A stretch of DNA of 64,000 bases, taken from Cyanobacteriota bacterium. Lineage in GTDB: Bacteria; Cyanobacteriota; Cyanobacteriia; Cyanobacteriales; Nostocaceae. The stretch covers positions 1 to 64,000 of the forward strand of contig JBJOKS010000013.1 in NCBI GenBank assembly GCA_046045965.1. The letters run 5' to 3'. Below the pieces are notes generated by a model. The model made no database searches. It saw nothing but the letters and a program-made list of their open reading frames with translations, and was not told the origin of the DNA. Numbering within the stretch: the stretch's first letter is position 1; every line of letters starts with the position of its first letter. The position numbers were made by a program, and so were the translations under genes. Below are positions 40,198 through 50,871 of this stretch, piece after piece.

Positions 40198-41501
40198 TAA
40201 AAATCATCATCAAAATCTCTATCGCGCATCATTTTTGGATCTGGTGCAAAAGCTAACCACAAAGGAAATTGTAATAAGCCTAAACTAATTTGCTCCTCAG
40301 AATCATCAATGATAATTAAAGGCATTTGATTAGATTTAACCAATCTGTCAGCTTTTTGGGCTAAAGCGTTAGGTGCTTCAAATAATACCACACCTCTATC
40401 GGGTCCAAAATCAGGACGACCGATACCTAAACAATCTTGTAAACCCCGTCGCCATTCGCCCAAACGTTCGGGACTATTAGCTAAAATCAGAGTACGTAGG
40501 CGATTGCCTCCGGCACTACGCTCCGCGTAATCGCCATATAATTTATGTAAAATCGAAATCGCCGCCGAAGCAATCAAAATATTTTGCAAACGACTACCCA
40601 TCGTCCGCAACGCACCCCGTCCCCCCAAGGTAAAAAACCAATTAGAGACTCTTTCAGCGTGAACAGGTTCAAAAGTGCGTCGCAACTGCCATGCAGGACC
40701 ATAATAATCAGGTTGGTTGCGATATTGATCAATTAAACGGCGAATTTGTTTTGTTGTATCTTGAAACTGTTGTTGGGCAAGTTGCAAAGTCTGAGACTGT
40801 TCTTCAACAGGTTTGGCTTCTTTTTTCGCTTCTTTTACGGCTGGTTTTTCTCTTTCTCGTTCCCTCACAGCCGGCACAAGTTGCAATTGTTCCGCTGCGG
40901 CTGCCAAATCCTGTAAACTACCTGTGAGATAATCTTTAAAACCCTGTACTCGAATTGCCAAATCTTGAGACGTACCTGCAAAAGTCGTTCGCATTTCATT
41001 TCTAATGCGTTCTTGTCTTCGCTCCAGTTGTTCTACAGAAATTTGCAATGCCTGTTTACGTTGTTCTAACAATGAAAGGGACTCTTGCACCATTTTCGAG
41101 AGTGCGGTTTGAGTTTCGGTCACTTGTCCCTGAAGGGTTTTGTAAGTAATTTGCAGTTGAGATATTTCTGCTTTCAGTGCGGCTTCAGTTTCCTGTAACT
41201 CGGCTACTCGTTGAGCTGCTACTGTATATAGTGAATTAATTTCTGATTCTGACTCTACCTCCTCAGTTTCCGCTTTTTGCTCTGTTGCTTCTATTTGAGG
41301 TTCTTCGACTTCTGTATTCATTACAGGAGACTCAAAATCAACATCATCTGTTGGTGGTTCATCCGATGGATTAAGCTTTTCTGTCTCTAATACTGAATCA
41401 TTAGATAGATTTGCCGATGTTTCACCTTTAGGACTTTGTTCGGGTGTTTCTTCCCACCATTCATCAATCGGTTTTGGAGTTTGAGATTCCTCTGGGTTCA
41501 T
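40197..41501 (-). CDS. DUF3086 family protein (acidic N-terminus, coiled coil), carrying a 9-aa repeat-derived insertion
   Basis: FAGTSQDLAIRVQGFKDYLTGSLQDLA, PDYYGPAWQLRR, LGEWRRGLQDCLGI; lies between the DUF3119 gene and plsY. Confidence 0.85.
40505..40531. mobile_element. 27-nt small dispersed repeat inserted in-frame into a HIP1 site
   Basis: ggcgAT-tgcctccggcactacgctccgcgta-ATcgcc; removing 27 nt restores GGCGATCGCC and the peptide YGDRLRTL. Confidence 0.7.
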
Positions 41502-41650
41502 AAAAAATAGTTTAATTCTATAACGCGACTAAATCAAAAGCACTTTCAGGAAGCAGGAGGCAGGAGGCAGAATGTCTGATGAATCAATACACTATCAAAT
41601 AGTGAGTTTAGTCGTAAACTTAAAAAAGCTGACAGATGACAGATGTATAG

Positions 41651-42037
41651 CTAAATTCTGGGACACCGCTGTTCTAAGCAAGATTTTAAGGTCTTGGGGT
41701 CAAATAAGATCGGTAAAAAGTGAATGCTGTTGATTTCTTTAAAGTAAAGCAAGATGGGAACTCTGTTCCAGAAAATCCGCCAGTTTTGCCATTCTTGGTA
41801 AGGAAAACGGCGAATTAACTTTTCTCCTCGGTAAAGATCAAAGTCGGTGGCGGTAAATTGAAACCGCAAGGTTACAGCTTGCAACATCAAAAATAATCCC
41901 AGCAGTGTCAACACTCCTCCTATCCAAAATTTCATCAGCAGTAGGGGAATGGAAGCAAGCACCAACACAATAGGGATATTGTAACTTGGCTTGAGTTCAA
42001 CTGTAGATATGGTATTAGGCGCGGATGAAGTAGTCAT
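41651..42037 (-). CDS. DUF3119 family membrane protein
   Basis: TVELKPSYNIP, LIRRFPYQEWQNWRIFW, YFKEINSIHFLPILFD; start moved to MTTSS because the upstream extension is translated STRR. Confidence 0.85.
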   Translation of the reverse strand: MTTSSAPNTISTVELKPSYNIPIVLVLASIPLLLMKFWIGGVLTLLGLFLMLQAVTLRFQFTATDFDLYRGEKLIRRFPYQEWQNWRIFWNRVPILLYFKEINSIHFLPILFDPKTLKSCLEQRCPRI

Positions 42038-42044
42038 AATTTTA

Positions 42045-42216
<172 letters not shown>

Positions 42217-42227
42217 TACCTCCACCA

Positions 42228-43025
42228 TCACAGTCCTGGAGATAATCCACCACCTGTTCCCTGAAACATTAACCATGATAGAAAGAAATTGCTAATAAAG
42301 ATAATTAGCAAGGCGGTAACAACAGCAGTTGTGGTTGATTGTCCCACACCTTTGGCTCCTCCTGTGGTGGTTAAACCCCAGCTGCAACCAATGATGGCGA
42401 TTAAAACGCCAAAGCAACTGGCTTTAATCATGGCGCTAAATATATCCCAGATTTCCAGAAAGTTCCGCGCTGAGTCTAAAAATACTGAGTCTGAGAGATT
42501 GTAGATGTTGGTAGCAATTATCAATCCTCCAAACATTCCAGTAACTAAGGATAGCAGTGTTAAGATGGGCAACATTAATAAACAAGCCAGGATGCGGGGA
42601 ATAACTAAATAATCAATGGGGTCTGTTTTTAACATCAACAGAGCATCAATCTGTTCTGTGACTCGCATTGTGCCGATTTCAGCCGCAAATGCAGAACCAA
42701 CCCTTCCCGCTAAAATTACTGCTGTCAGCACAGGTGTTAGTTCTCTGGTTAAGGCTACTGCTAACACTCCCCCAACTAAGTTTCCTGCACCAAAGTTGAT
42801 AAACTCCCTCGCTACCTGAATTGTAAATACTGCACCCACAAAAACAGCCGTCAATAAGGCGATAAACAGGGAGTCTGGACCGACTGCGGCTAATTGTTCT
42901 AATGTGTTGCGGCGATGGATTTTGCCTTTCATGAGGTGAACTATTACTTGTCCACCTAAAAAAAATGCCGCCAGCAATCGCTGACTCCAAGCGCCTAAAC
43001 TGGATTTGGATATAGTCTTGCTCAA
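42228..43025 (-). CDS. mlaE: MlaE/TGD1-family lipid ABC transporter permease
   Basis: RELTPVLTAVILAGRVGSAFAAEIGTMRVTEQIDAL, GGAKGVGQSTTTAVV. Confidence 0.92.
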   Translation of the reverse strand: MSKTISKSSLGAWSQRLLAAFFLGGQVIVHLMKGKIHRRNTLEQLAAVGPDSLFIALLTAVFVGAVFTIQVAREFINFGAGNLVGGVLAVALTRELTPVLTAVILAGRVGSAFAAEIGTMRVTEQIDALLMLKTDPIDYLVIPRILACLLMLPILTLLSLVTGMFGGLIIATNIYNLSDSVFLDSARNFLEIWDIFSAMIKASCFGVLIAIIGCSWGLTTTGGAKGVGQSTTTAVVTALLIIFISNFFLSWLMFQGTGGGLSPGL

Positions 43026-43453
43026 TGTTTTCCAGTTAACTCGGTAACTACTTTCAGAATAGCGAAAGTCATTGCTTTTTTATCAATTATTCAATGGGAA
43101 AAGGCAAAAGGCAAAAGTTGATTAATTTTTCTCTGCTCCCTGCTACCTGCTGTACTTTTCTGTCCAAACGTTAACTTAAGTTAAAGACTCTCTCAGAAAA
43201 TTAAGCTAATGATTAAACTTGACACAACACATTTAACCCTATTTTTAATAGATGAAATATGGATATCTCAAGGGTTTTGCGGCTTGATAGCCTGAAAATA
43301 GCCCCATAATTTGATGGTTCTATTAACTTTATCTTTTAATGAAAACTTAAGATTTTTGACAAATTGACCTTTCAGGAGCGATCGCACGTATTGTAGAAAT
43401 TGACGTGCTGCTTTTTAGTGAACGTTCACCTTAGTCTTGGAGATTGCCCGATC

Positions 43454-43750
43454 ATGAGCATTTTTACCAACTTTCTCCGCTCCCTGGTACTCACTACCGT
43501 TTTCAGTTTTATTGCTCCTATGTTCTTAGTCGGCGGTATGCTGGTCTGTTTATGCCTTTCTGGCTTCGTTCCTGGTTTACAAGGGCTAACTGAGAACATC
43601 CCCTCTCAGATTCTGCATTTTCTCGCTACTTTTGGTACTGGTAGTCCCATCAATGGGTTATTGGTTATCAGTCTGACTTGTGGTTTTGTCGGTGGGCTGT
43701 TTGATATCTATGCTTATTACAGGTATCAAATTCTTCGCATTGATTCCTAA
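43454..43750 (+). CDS. Small conserved membrane protein, function unknown
   Basis: MSIFTNFLRSL..., two hydrophobic segments, FLATFGTGSP, VGGLFDIY. Confidence 0.65.
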   Translation: MSIFTNFLRSLVLTTVFSFIAPMFLVGGMLVCLCLSGFVPGLQGLTENIPSQILHFLATFGTGSPINGLLVISLTCGFVGGLFDIYAYYRYQILRIDS

Positions 43751-44228
43751 ACAAGTCATAAATCTTTATAACGCCTTCATCTCAAATAATGACAAGTTAC
43801 AGCTAAATTAATCGTCTCCAAGGTAAACTTGCTGCTATCCCTAACTCAATTTGCAGTTGGTATGGCTAAAGATTGGTGTGAATTTTTGTGGATATAAATT
43901 TTTTAGTCATTAGTCACAATCTACTAAAGACTATGTTTTGTGTTTTAAATTGTCGTTTCTTGAACTAGCCAAATCCAAATTCCATTTCGGAAATTATGGT
44001 TTTTTACAATCACTACACAATCATTAACGACCCTGGTTTAGAGTTAGACATTTAAATACATACTGCTTCATGAAGAAATATAGCAAATAAATCTACACAC
44101 TAAATCTAAAAATTTCCTTAAGATTATAAACAGCATCATACTTGCTTATTTTTCTTAACAGAGTCGAGAAGGTCGTCTAACCTCTGGACAATCTATATTA
44201 AATTTATTAATAACTGATTAGATTACTC

Positions 44229-45050
44229 ATGGTTTGGCCGTTTAGACCCAAGTTTCGTAAACAAATTGCTCGGATTGAAATAACTGGTGCGATCGCCAGT
44301 GCTACCCGCAAACGGGTATTAGAAGCCCTGAAAACTGTAGAAGAGAAGAAGTTTCCAGCTTTACTGCTACGCATCGATAGCCCCGGCGGTACAGTGGGAG
44401 ATTCCCAAGAAATCTACAGCGCCCTGAAGCGGTTGCGTAAAAAAACCAAAATCGTCGCTAGTTTTGGCAATATATCCGCTTCTGGTGGCGTTTATATTGG
44501 CATGGGAGCCGAAAAAATTATGGCTAACCCTGGCACAATCACAGGTAGTATCGGCGTGATTTTGCGGGGAAATAACTTGGAACGACTACTAGAAAAAGTT
44601 GGCGTTTCCTTTAAAGTGATTAAGTCTGGTCCCTACAAAGATATTTTGTCTTTTGATAGGGAACTGACAGAACCAGAAGAAAACATCCTCCAAGAGTTGA
44701 TAGATGTCAGCTATCAGCAGTTTGTACAAACAGTAGCTGAGGGTCGTTCCTTGGAGGTAGACAAGGTGAAAAGCTTCGCTGATGGGCGCATTTTCACCGG
44801 AGAACAAGCCGTAGAATTGGGAGTTGTAGACCGTTTGGGAACAGAAGAAGATGCACGACGCTGGACTGCGGAATTAGTCGGACTTGATCCAGAAAAAACT
44901 CCTTGCTATACGCTAGAAGAACGTAAACCATTATTGAATCGGGTTCTACCAGGAAGTCGTCAGACCAAATCAGGAATTAGGTCTGGAATTGATTGGCTGG
45001 AATTTGAAATGTCTACAAGTGGTTTACCCCTGTGGTTATATAGACCTTAG
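44229..45050 (+). CDS. sppA: Signal peptide peptidase SppA (short, S49 family)
   Basis: LRIDSPGG, SASGGVY, TITGSIGV, KSGPYKD, ADGRIFTG. Confidence 0.93.
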   Translation: MVWPFRPKFRKQIARIEITGAIASATRKRVLEALKTVEEKKFPALLLRIDSPGGTVGDSQEIYSALKRLRKKTKIVASFGNISASGGVYIGMGAEKIMANPGTITGSIGVILRGNNLERLLEKVGVSFKVIKSGPYKDILSFDRELTEPEENILQELIDVSYQQFVQTVAEGRSLEVDKVKSFADGRIFTGEQAVELGVVDRLGTEEDARRWTAELVGLDPEKTPCYTLEERKPLLNRVLPGSRQTKSGIRSGIDWLEFEMSTSGLPLWLYRP

Positions 45051-45144
45051 ATTAATTGTCAATAGTCACTAGTTAGCAGTCTTTGTACTGATGACTAATG
45101 ACTAAAGACTAATGACTAATGAGTAATTAAGGAGGACTTTGGGA

Positions 45145-45558
45145 GTGGAATGGCAAATGCGGGCGATTCGTGGTGCAACAACCGTTGCAGAAAATAGTGT
45201 GGAAGCAATTCGAGAAGCAGTGACAGAATTAATTGATGAACTAGAAGAACGAAATCAGCTGCAACCAACAGAAATTTTGAGTGTTACTTTTTCTGTTACA
45301 CGCGACTTAGATGCTATTTTCCCAGCAGCGATCGCTCGCAGTCGTCCTTTATGGGATAGTGTGGCTATGTTGGATGTTCAACAGATGTACGTTGAGGGCA
45401 GTTTACAGCGTTGCATCCGCTTTTTGATTCATGCCTATTTGCCAACTTCCGCCCCCGTTCACCACATTTATTTGCGTCAAGCGGCTAAATTGCGGCCTGA
45501 CTGGGGTTTACCGCAAACGTTACAAACCTCACAGCAGGTTGTAGAAACAAAAGTCTAA
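45145..45558 (+). CDS. aroH: AroH-type chorismate mutase
   Basis: RAIRGATT, FSVTxDLDAIFPAAIAR, RCIRFL, LRPD; AGGAGG upstream, GTG start likely. Confidence 0.93.
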   Translation: MEWQMRAIRGATTVAENSVEAIREAVTELIDELEERNQLQPTEILSVTFSVTRDLDAIFPAAIARSRPLWDSVAMLDVQQMYVEGSLQRCIRFLIHAYLPTSAPVHHIYLRQAAKLRPDWGLPQTLQTSQQVVETKV

Positions 45559-45596
45559 AATCAGCAGGTCAATAACATAAGTAAAAATAGCGCCCA

Positions 45597-45884
45597 ATGA
45601 CTTATTACAGTGGTGACGCGACTGCTCAACCTGCTGCTATTGCTGGAAAAATTTTCACTCATCGGGGAACAGGTGTTTGTGTAAAATTAGATGATTTTTT
45701 GGCGATTCTTTCCAAGAGTGAAGAACCGCTGGTCATCGTCACCAGTGAAGGTTTTTTTACGAAAATATATAAATATGTAACGGCTTATAAGGGTTTTGTG
45801 TTTTTCACAGAATCCTTAGATAAATTGGAATTTGCCAGCAATATTGAGATAATTTACGCACAAAGCATAGGAACTGATATTTGA
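45597..45884 (+). CDS. Hypothetical protein
   Basis: 95-aa ORF with ATG and plausible composition (YKYVTAYKGFVFFT). Confidence 0.6.
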   Translation: MTYYSGDATAQPAAIAGKIFTHRGTGVCVKLDDFLAILSKSEEPLVIVTSEGFFTKIYKYVTAYKGFVFFTESLDKLEFASNIEIIYAQSIGTDI

Positions 45885-45889
45885 ACCTA

Positions 45890-46055
45890 ATACCATTTCT
45901 TTATGAGGCTGCGCCGAATTTCCTAACCTTGTCTTTCCTTCTCTGTGTCGCGCCAGTTGCTACAAGTCGGGGAACCCGCCCATCGCACTGGCTTCTCTGC
46001 GTCTCTGCGGTTAGTTTATTTTTAAATTGAGCGCATCTTTATACAGAATTGGTAT
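45890..46055. mobile_element. Degenerate MITE-like element with nested smaller repeats
   Basis: TIRs ataccatttctttatgaggctgcgc vs reverse complement ataccaattctgtataaagatgcgc (20/25); internal gccagt...actggc hairpin. Confidence 0.65.
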
Positions 46056-46248
46056 CAGAATTCAGGAGTCAGAATGCTTTGCCAAAATTTCCATAACTTT
46101 AGATATCAGGGTAATCACAATTAAAAGAATAAAGAATTTAGAATGTAGAATTACGTTTTGCAACGGGGATTTTACCCCGACGCAAAACCCGCTGCTTGTA
46201 GAAGCATAGGACTTTCACCCCCAAAGGTAAGTTAAAAATTGGCAAGGT

Positions 46249-46755
46249 ATGATAATTAAGATTGAAAAGTTATTAGATACTGATTTTGAGGAACTGAGAA
46301 AAGTTAGTCAAGAAATTTGGTATGCTCACTATTCCCAAATTATCAGTATTGAACAAATAGAATATATGTTGGATAAAATGTATGGAATAGGAGTAATTGA
46401 AAAGGAAATTTATCAGTTAGGAATATTTTACGATAAAGTCGTTAAAGATAATCAAATGGTTGGTTATTTATCTTATGGAGCAGAAATAAAAGATAATATT
46501 AATTGTTTGAAATTACATAAATGTTATTTATTACCTGCACTGCATGGTTTTGGTTATGGACAAATAATGTTATCTCATGTTTGTCAAAAAGCTAAAGAGA
46601 TGAATTTGCAGAAAATCATTCTCAATGTCAATAAAAGAAATGAAAAAGGAATTAAAGCTTATACTCGGTTTGGGTTTGAGATTATTGAGAGTAAGGTAAT
46701 AGATTTTGGTGGTGGTTTTGTGATGGATGATTATATTATGGGTTATGAAATTTAA
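46249..46755 (+). CDS. GNAT family N-acetyltransferase
   Basis: LHKCYLLPALHGFGYG (acetyl-CoA binding motif A), LNVNKRN, YTRFGF, MDDYIM. Confidence 0.88.
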   Translation: MIIKIEKLLDTDFEELRKVSQEIWYAHYSQIISIEQIEYMLDKMYGIGVIEKEIYQLGIFYDKVVKDNQMVGYLSYGAEIKDNINCLKLHKCYLLPALHGFGYGQIMLSHVCQKAKEMNLQKIILNVNKRNEKGIKAYTRFGFEIIESKVIDFGGGFVMDDYIMGYEI

Positions 46756-46777
46756 AAGATAGGAAATAACCCAGAAT

Positions 46778-47188
46778 TTAGGTAGATATCAAATTAAGAA
46801 AATCTGCTGCTGTAACAATAGCAATACCTTGATAATTACCTAAAGGTAACAAATGTTTTTTATCACCTGTAACAATATGAGTTGCATTTACCAACACTGC
46901 ACATTCTAAAACCATATTATCGTCAGGATCATTAGTGATGACATTTAAAGTATTGCTGATTGTTACTAATCTTAGAAAGCTGAGTAAATCAGCTATTGTA
47001 TCAATTACTTGATTATCTGTAAATTTCAACTTTTGTTGTAATTTTTCCGTGAGTTCTTCCAGTATCTCTGGACATATTACGCCTTCTATTATGCCACTAC
47101 GTGCCAATTCAAGACAGCGAAAAGGTTTGCTTCTCCAACCAATTCCAGATAACAAAACATTTGTATCAAATACAACTATTGGGCGCAT
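46778..47188 (-). CDS. PIN-domain putative toxin
   Basis: VVFDTNVLLS, DPDDNMVLECA, IVTGDKKHLL. Confidence 0.9.
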   Translation of the reverse strand: MRPIVVFDTNVLLSGIGWRSKPFRCLELARSGIIEGVICPEILEELTEKLQQKLKFTDNQVIDTIADLLSFLRLVTISNTLNVITNDPDDNMVLECAVLVNATHIVTGDKKHLLPLGNYQGIAIVTAADFLNLIST

Positions 47189-47430
47189 TGTCTATCCTCA
47201 TGCACCAGATCATCTATAAATGATTCACGTTCATCTTCTGACATAGTATCCCAATTTAAACCTCGTTCAGTACACAAGTTGCGAAGTTGGTTTTCAGCAT
47301 ACTCCATCCGAGACTCACGCTCATTTTTACTTTCCTTAGCGAGTTCTAACAATACTACCCGTTTACTTTCTGGGGGTAGCTGTTTAACTAATTCAATTAC
47401 CTGTTGATCGCTTAATGTCAGATTTGGCAT
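47176..47430 (-). CDS. Putative antitoxin paired with the PIN toxin
   Basis: Small protein with acidic C-terminus whose end overlaps the PIN gene start; GAGGAGG about 8 nt upstream of ATG at 47430. Confidence 0.7.
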   Translation of the reverse strand: MPNLTLSDQQVIELVKQLPPESKRVVLLELAKESKNERESRMEYAENQLRNLCTERGLNWDTMSEDERESFIDDLVHEDRQCAQ

Positions 47431-47472
47431 AATCATTACCTCCTCTTATATTGTATAACAATAAAAACTTTA

Positions 47473-47503
47473 GTAGGGTGTGTTAGGGATAGCGTAACGC
47501 ACC
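47473..47503. repeat. GTAG-type REP-like palindrome
   Basis: gtagggtgtgtta-gggatagcg-taacgcacc; a related degenerate copy lies at about 38772-38800. Confidence 0.55.
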
Positions 47504-47522
47504 GAAAATAAATGATGCGTAA

Positions 47523-47655
47523 TTATGGAGATGGTTTTTCAATAACCACAGTACCAGATAAGATATCATGTAAAGAGCGATGCTTTTTATGCAAGAGGAC
47601 AAAAATTAAATCTAGTAAACCACAGCAGAGTATGAGTATCAAGTAATTGCTGCAT
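47523..47655 (-). pseudogene. Chimeric scar: 5' end of a vapC PIN toxin joined to the 3' end of an RDD-like gene
   Basis: From 47655: MQQLLDTHTLLWFT (VapC-type LDTH motif). In another frame, 47612-47523: DLIFVLLHKKHRSLHDILSGTVVIEKPSP* (RDD-like RxLHDxxxGTxVV). Confidence 0.7.
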
Positions 47656-47879
47656 TACATATAATCCTTCAATTCTTCTAAAGGTTCATCAAAATCATCA
47701 GACATTTTGATCATTCCTTTTGCACTACCAAATTTAGGACGAATTTTCACAGGTAATACAGGAATTAACTTAACAACAGGTTGATTATCTTTCATGATGA
47801 TAATTTCATCACCACCAAGTGCGGCTTCAATTAAATCAGATAAGTGTTGAGATGCTTCATTAACAGTAATTTGTTGCAT
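47655..47879 (-). CDS. Phd/YefM-family antitoxin (now orphan)
   Basis: MQQITVNEASQHLSDLIEAALGGDEIIIxKDNQPVVKL...FGSAKGMIKMSDDFDEPL; TAATG overlap with the vapC remnant. Confidence 0.85.
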   Translation of the reverse strand: MQQITVNEASQHLSDLIEAALGGDEIIIMKDNQPVVKLIPVLPVKIRPKFGSAKGMIKMSDDFDEPLEELKDYM

Positions 47880-47941
47880 AATTACCACCTTTAGCTTTGT
47901 GTGTGCTATTCCACCAACAATTCTATTCTCCATCAAAAACT

Positions 47942-47976
47942 AAAAAAAGAGAGAGATAGAAAATTCTACCTCCCCC
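47942..47976 (-). terminator. Probable intrinsic terminator of rbcLXS
   Basis: Minus strand gggggaggtaga-attt-tctatctctctc followed by a T run. Confidence 0.65.
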
Positions 47977-48010
47977 AAAAAGAAATAAATTATTCAAACC
48001 AAATCAGATA

Positions 48011-48340
48011 TTAGTATCTGCTGGGTTTGTGAACGATAAAGCTGAGGACTTGGCATTGTTTGATGTTGTCAAAACCTACAACACGAACATAGCAGTTACC
48101 GTACTGAGAACGGCAAGATTGAACTTCACCTAATACTTCTTGAGTGGTTTTAGCATTAAACAAAGGTAGCTTCCACATTGTCCAGAACAATTCAGTAGGC
48201 TCAGAAGTTTCGTTAAACTCAACCGCTGGGATGTAACCTTGGTTCAAAATGTACTGAACTTGCTTGGCAATTTGCGCGTCAGACAGAGGGGGAAGATAAG
48301 AGAGGGTTTCGTAACGACGCTCTTTTGGTAAAGTTTGCAT
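48011..48340 (-). CDS. rbcS: RuBisCO small subunit
   Basis: [37 protein letters not shown]. Confidence 0.98.
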   Translation of the reverse strand: MQTLPKERRYETLSYLPPLSDAQIAKQVQYILNQGYIPAVEFNETSEPTELFWTMWKLPLFNAKTTQEVLGEVQSCRSQYGNCYVRVVGFDNIKQCQVLSFIVHKPSRY

Positions 48341-48396
48341 GGCTGTTTAGTAAGTGGCTATTTTTTACTACTTGGTTTTTGGCGCTTGCGCCTATC

Positions 48397-48804
48397 CTAA
48401 CCGGATAAATTATCTAAATCAGGCTCTGAGATAGTCTGCTGTTCAGTTTTTGGGGTGGGACTTGATAAATTTAGTTGCGTGATGCGTTCGAGATGCTGGC
48501 GACGTTGTTCCATGTTGGCTTGCTGAATGCCAGAGCGAACCATTTCTGGCAAGAAGTCTGTCACTTCCGCCGCGATGTGTTCCCTGACAGTCATAATTCG
48601 CAAAGCCAAATCTGACTTTGCTAGAAACAGTTCCTCAATATATGCTTCTCCGTCTTGGATTTTCCCAGCGGAAAAGTTTTGCAACCAATGTGCTAAAGGA
48701 GGATTTGTTTCGCCTAGCTGTGCCAAAACAGTCATAAGTGCCTGATAAGTCAGATAACTTTGGAGAGTTTTGGCTGTGTCTTTCGCAATTTGCTTTAGAT
48801 TCAT
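48397..48804 (-). CDS. rbcX: RuBisCO assembly chaperone RbcX
   Basis: MNLKQIAKDTAKTLQSYLTYQA, LALRIMTVREHIA; lies between rbcL and rbcS. Confidence 0.97.
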   Translation of the reverse strand: MNLKQIAKDTAKTLQSYLTYQALMTVLAQLGETNPPLAHWLQNFSAGKIQDGEAYIEELFLAKSDLALRIMTVREHIAAEVTDFLPEMVRSGIQQANMEQRRQHLERITQLNLSSPTPKTEQQTISEPDLDNLSG

Positions 48805-48888
48805 GCTTGACCCCAGCCCCATAGATTTTGGATTTTAGATTTTGGATTGAAAATTCATCCAAAGTCCAAAATCCCAAATCCTAAATCA

Positions 48889-50319
48889 TCAGACGGTATC
48901 CATTGCTTCAAACTCGAACTTGATTTCTTTCCACAGTTCGCAAGCAACAGCCAATTCAGGAGACCACTTAGCCGCTTCACGGATAATGTCGTTACCTTCA
49001 CGAGCCAAGTTGCGGCCTTCGTTACGAGCTTGGATACAAGCTTCTAGAGCTACGCGGTTAGCGGTTGCACCAGGAGCGTTACCCCAGGGGTGACCAAGTG
49101 TACCACCACCAAACTGTAGTACGGAGTCATCACCGAAGATTTCAACGAGTGCGGGCATATGCCATACGTGGATACCACCGGAAGCAACAGCCATTACACC
49201 AGGCATAGAAGCCCAATCTTGGGTAAAGTAGATACCGCGAGACTTGTCTTGCTCAACGTAGTTTTCACGGAGGAGGTCAACGAAGCCCATTGTGATACCG
49301 CGTTCGCCTTCCAATTTACCCACAACTGTACCGGTGTGAATGTGGTCACCACCAGACATCCGTAAGGTTTTAGCCAATACACGGAAGTGGATACCGTGGT
49401 TCTTTTGACGGTCAATTACAGCGTGCATAGCGCGGTGGATGTGCAACAACAGACCGTTATCACGACACCAACGAGCCAAGGTTGTGTTAGCGGTGAAACC
49501 TGCGGTCAAGTAGTCGTGCATGATGATGGGCATTTCGAGTTCTTTAGCGAACTCAGCACGCTTGAGCATTTCTTCGCAGGTAGGCGCGGTTACGTTTAAG
49601 TAGTGACCTTTGATTTCGCCGGTTTCTGCTTGTGCTTTTTTGATAGCTTCTGCTACGAACAAGAAGCGATCGCGCCATCTTTGGAATGGTGCAGAGTTGA
49701 TGTTTTCGTCGTCTTTTGTAAAGTCCAAACCACCGCGCAAACATTCGTATACAGCGCGTCCGTAGTTCTTAGCGGACAAACCTAATTTGGGCTTAATGGT
49801 ACAACCCAACAAAGGACGACCATATTTGTTCAATTTGTCGCGTTCAACTTGAATACCGTGAGGAGGACCTTGGAAGGTCTTCAGGTAAGCAACAGGAATC
49901 CGCAAGTCTTCCAAACGCAGTGCGCGTAATGCTTTGAAACCGAATACGTTACCTACGATAGAGGTCAACATATTGGTTACGGAACCTTCCTCAAACAAGT
50001 CCAGAGGATAAGCAACGTAAGCAATGTATTGGTTATCTTCACCAGCAACTGGTTCGATGTCGTAGCAACGACCTTTGTAACGGTCTAGGTCGGTGAGCAA
50101 GTCTGTCCATACAGTTGTCCAAGTACCTGTAGAAGACTCAGCCGCTACCGCAGCACCAGCTTCTTCGGGTGGAACTCCAGGCTGAGGAGTCATCCGGAAT
50201 GCTGCAAGAATATCTGTATCTTTAGGTGTGTAATCAGGAGTGTAATAAGTTAGTCTGTAATCTTTAACCCCAGCTTGATACCCAGATTTAGCCTGAGTCT
50301 TCGTTTGCGCGTAAGACAT
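48889..50319 (-). CDS. rbcL: RuBisCO large subunit, form IB
   Basis: 476 aa from [19 protein letters not shown] carbamylation motif, [10 protein letters not shown]. Confidence 0.99.
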   Translation of the reverse strand: MSYAQTKTQAKSGYQAGVKDYRLTYYTPDYTPKDTDILAAFRMTPQPGVPPEEAGAAVAAESSTGTWTTVWTDLLTDLDRYKGRCYDIEPVAGEDNQYIAYVAYPLDLFEEGSVTNMLTSIVGNVFGFKALRALRLEDLRIPVAYLKTFQGPPHGIQVERDKLNKYGRPLLGCTIKPKLGLSAKNYGRAVYECLRGGLDFTKDDENINSAPFQRWRDRFLFVAEAIKKAQAETGEIKGHYLNVTAPTCEEMLKRAEFAKELEMPIIMHDYLTAGFTANTTLARWCRDNGLLLHIHRAMHAVIDRQKNHGIHFRVLAKTLRMSGGDHIHTGTVVGKLEGERGITMGFVDLLRENYVEQDKSRGIYFTQDWASMPGVMAVASGGIHVWHMPALVEIFGDDSVLQFGGGTLGHPWGNAPGATANRVALEACIQARNEGRNLAREGNDIIREAAKWSPELAVACELWKEIKFEFEAMDTV

Positions 50320-50826
50320 ATTTTCCTTCCAAGAAGTCAATCTTTTTACTATCAAATCACGTTATGTGCAACTTTTTATCACCCTTTATTTTTCTCATTT
50401 TCTCATTACATATATAAGAAAAACTTATAATTTAGGGTCGGCTGTAGTTTAGGGTAGCGTTGTTTGTGCGTCAAACATCCGGTAGCAGTAGCAATTTACC
50501 GCACCTTTTTATCTCTATATAGTAGAGGCGCACATCCAGGCGTTTTGGTTTTTTCCCCCGTTCCACGAACACAAAGTCTTTTCTATCTTTTTTGCTTACC
50601 TTACTAAACCTGCTTAATTTCAGAGAAACTTCGGCGCTTTACAGGCATTATGGAATTGATGCCTTAAAACTAGGAGAAATTAGGGTTTTAAACTGTCTAG
50701 CTTATGCTCCCGGTTTTTTCTCCTGATATCTTGCCCTGATTGGGTAAAAAGATATAGAGGAAACTTCACTAACTGCGGTTTAGCTCCAGAGTGAGCCAAA
50801 GATAAAAAACTGCACAGGACGGAATT

Positions 50827-50847
50827 TGTAACTTGTCTCACAATATA
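50827..50847 (-). promoter_or_regulatory. Putative rbcL -10 box (TATATT) abutting an NtcA-like site
   Basis: Minus strand tgaTATATTGTGAGACAAGTTACA: TGT-N10-ACA / GTG-N8-TAC, about 510 nt upstream of rbcL. Confidence 0.5.
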
Positions 50848-50871
50848 TCAATAATTGAATAAGTTATCCTT

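Noticed and set aside
46027..46209. 60-aa ORF upstream of the GNAT gene
   Set aside because: It begins inside the MITE end and runs through repeat-like DNA; no recognisable domain.
48527..49785. Short antisense or alternate-frame ORFs over rbcX/rbcL (and similar ones over arsA, pyk, serA, asnB, mlaE, plsY)
   Set aside because: They lie within well-supported genes and have no recognisable motifs; such shadow ORFs are expected from codon bias.
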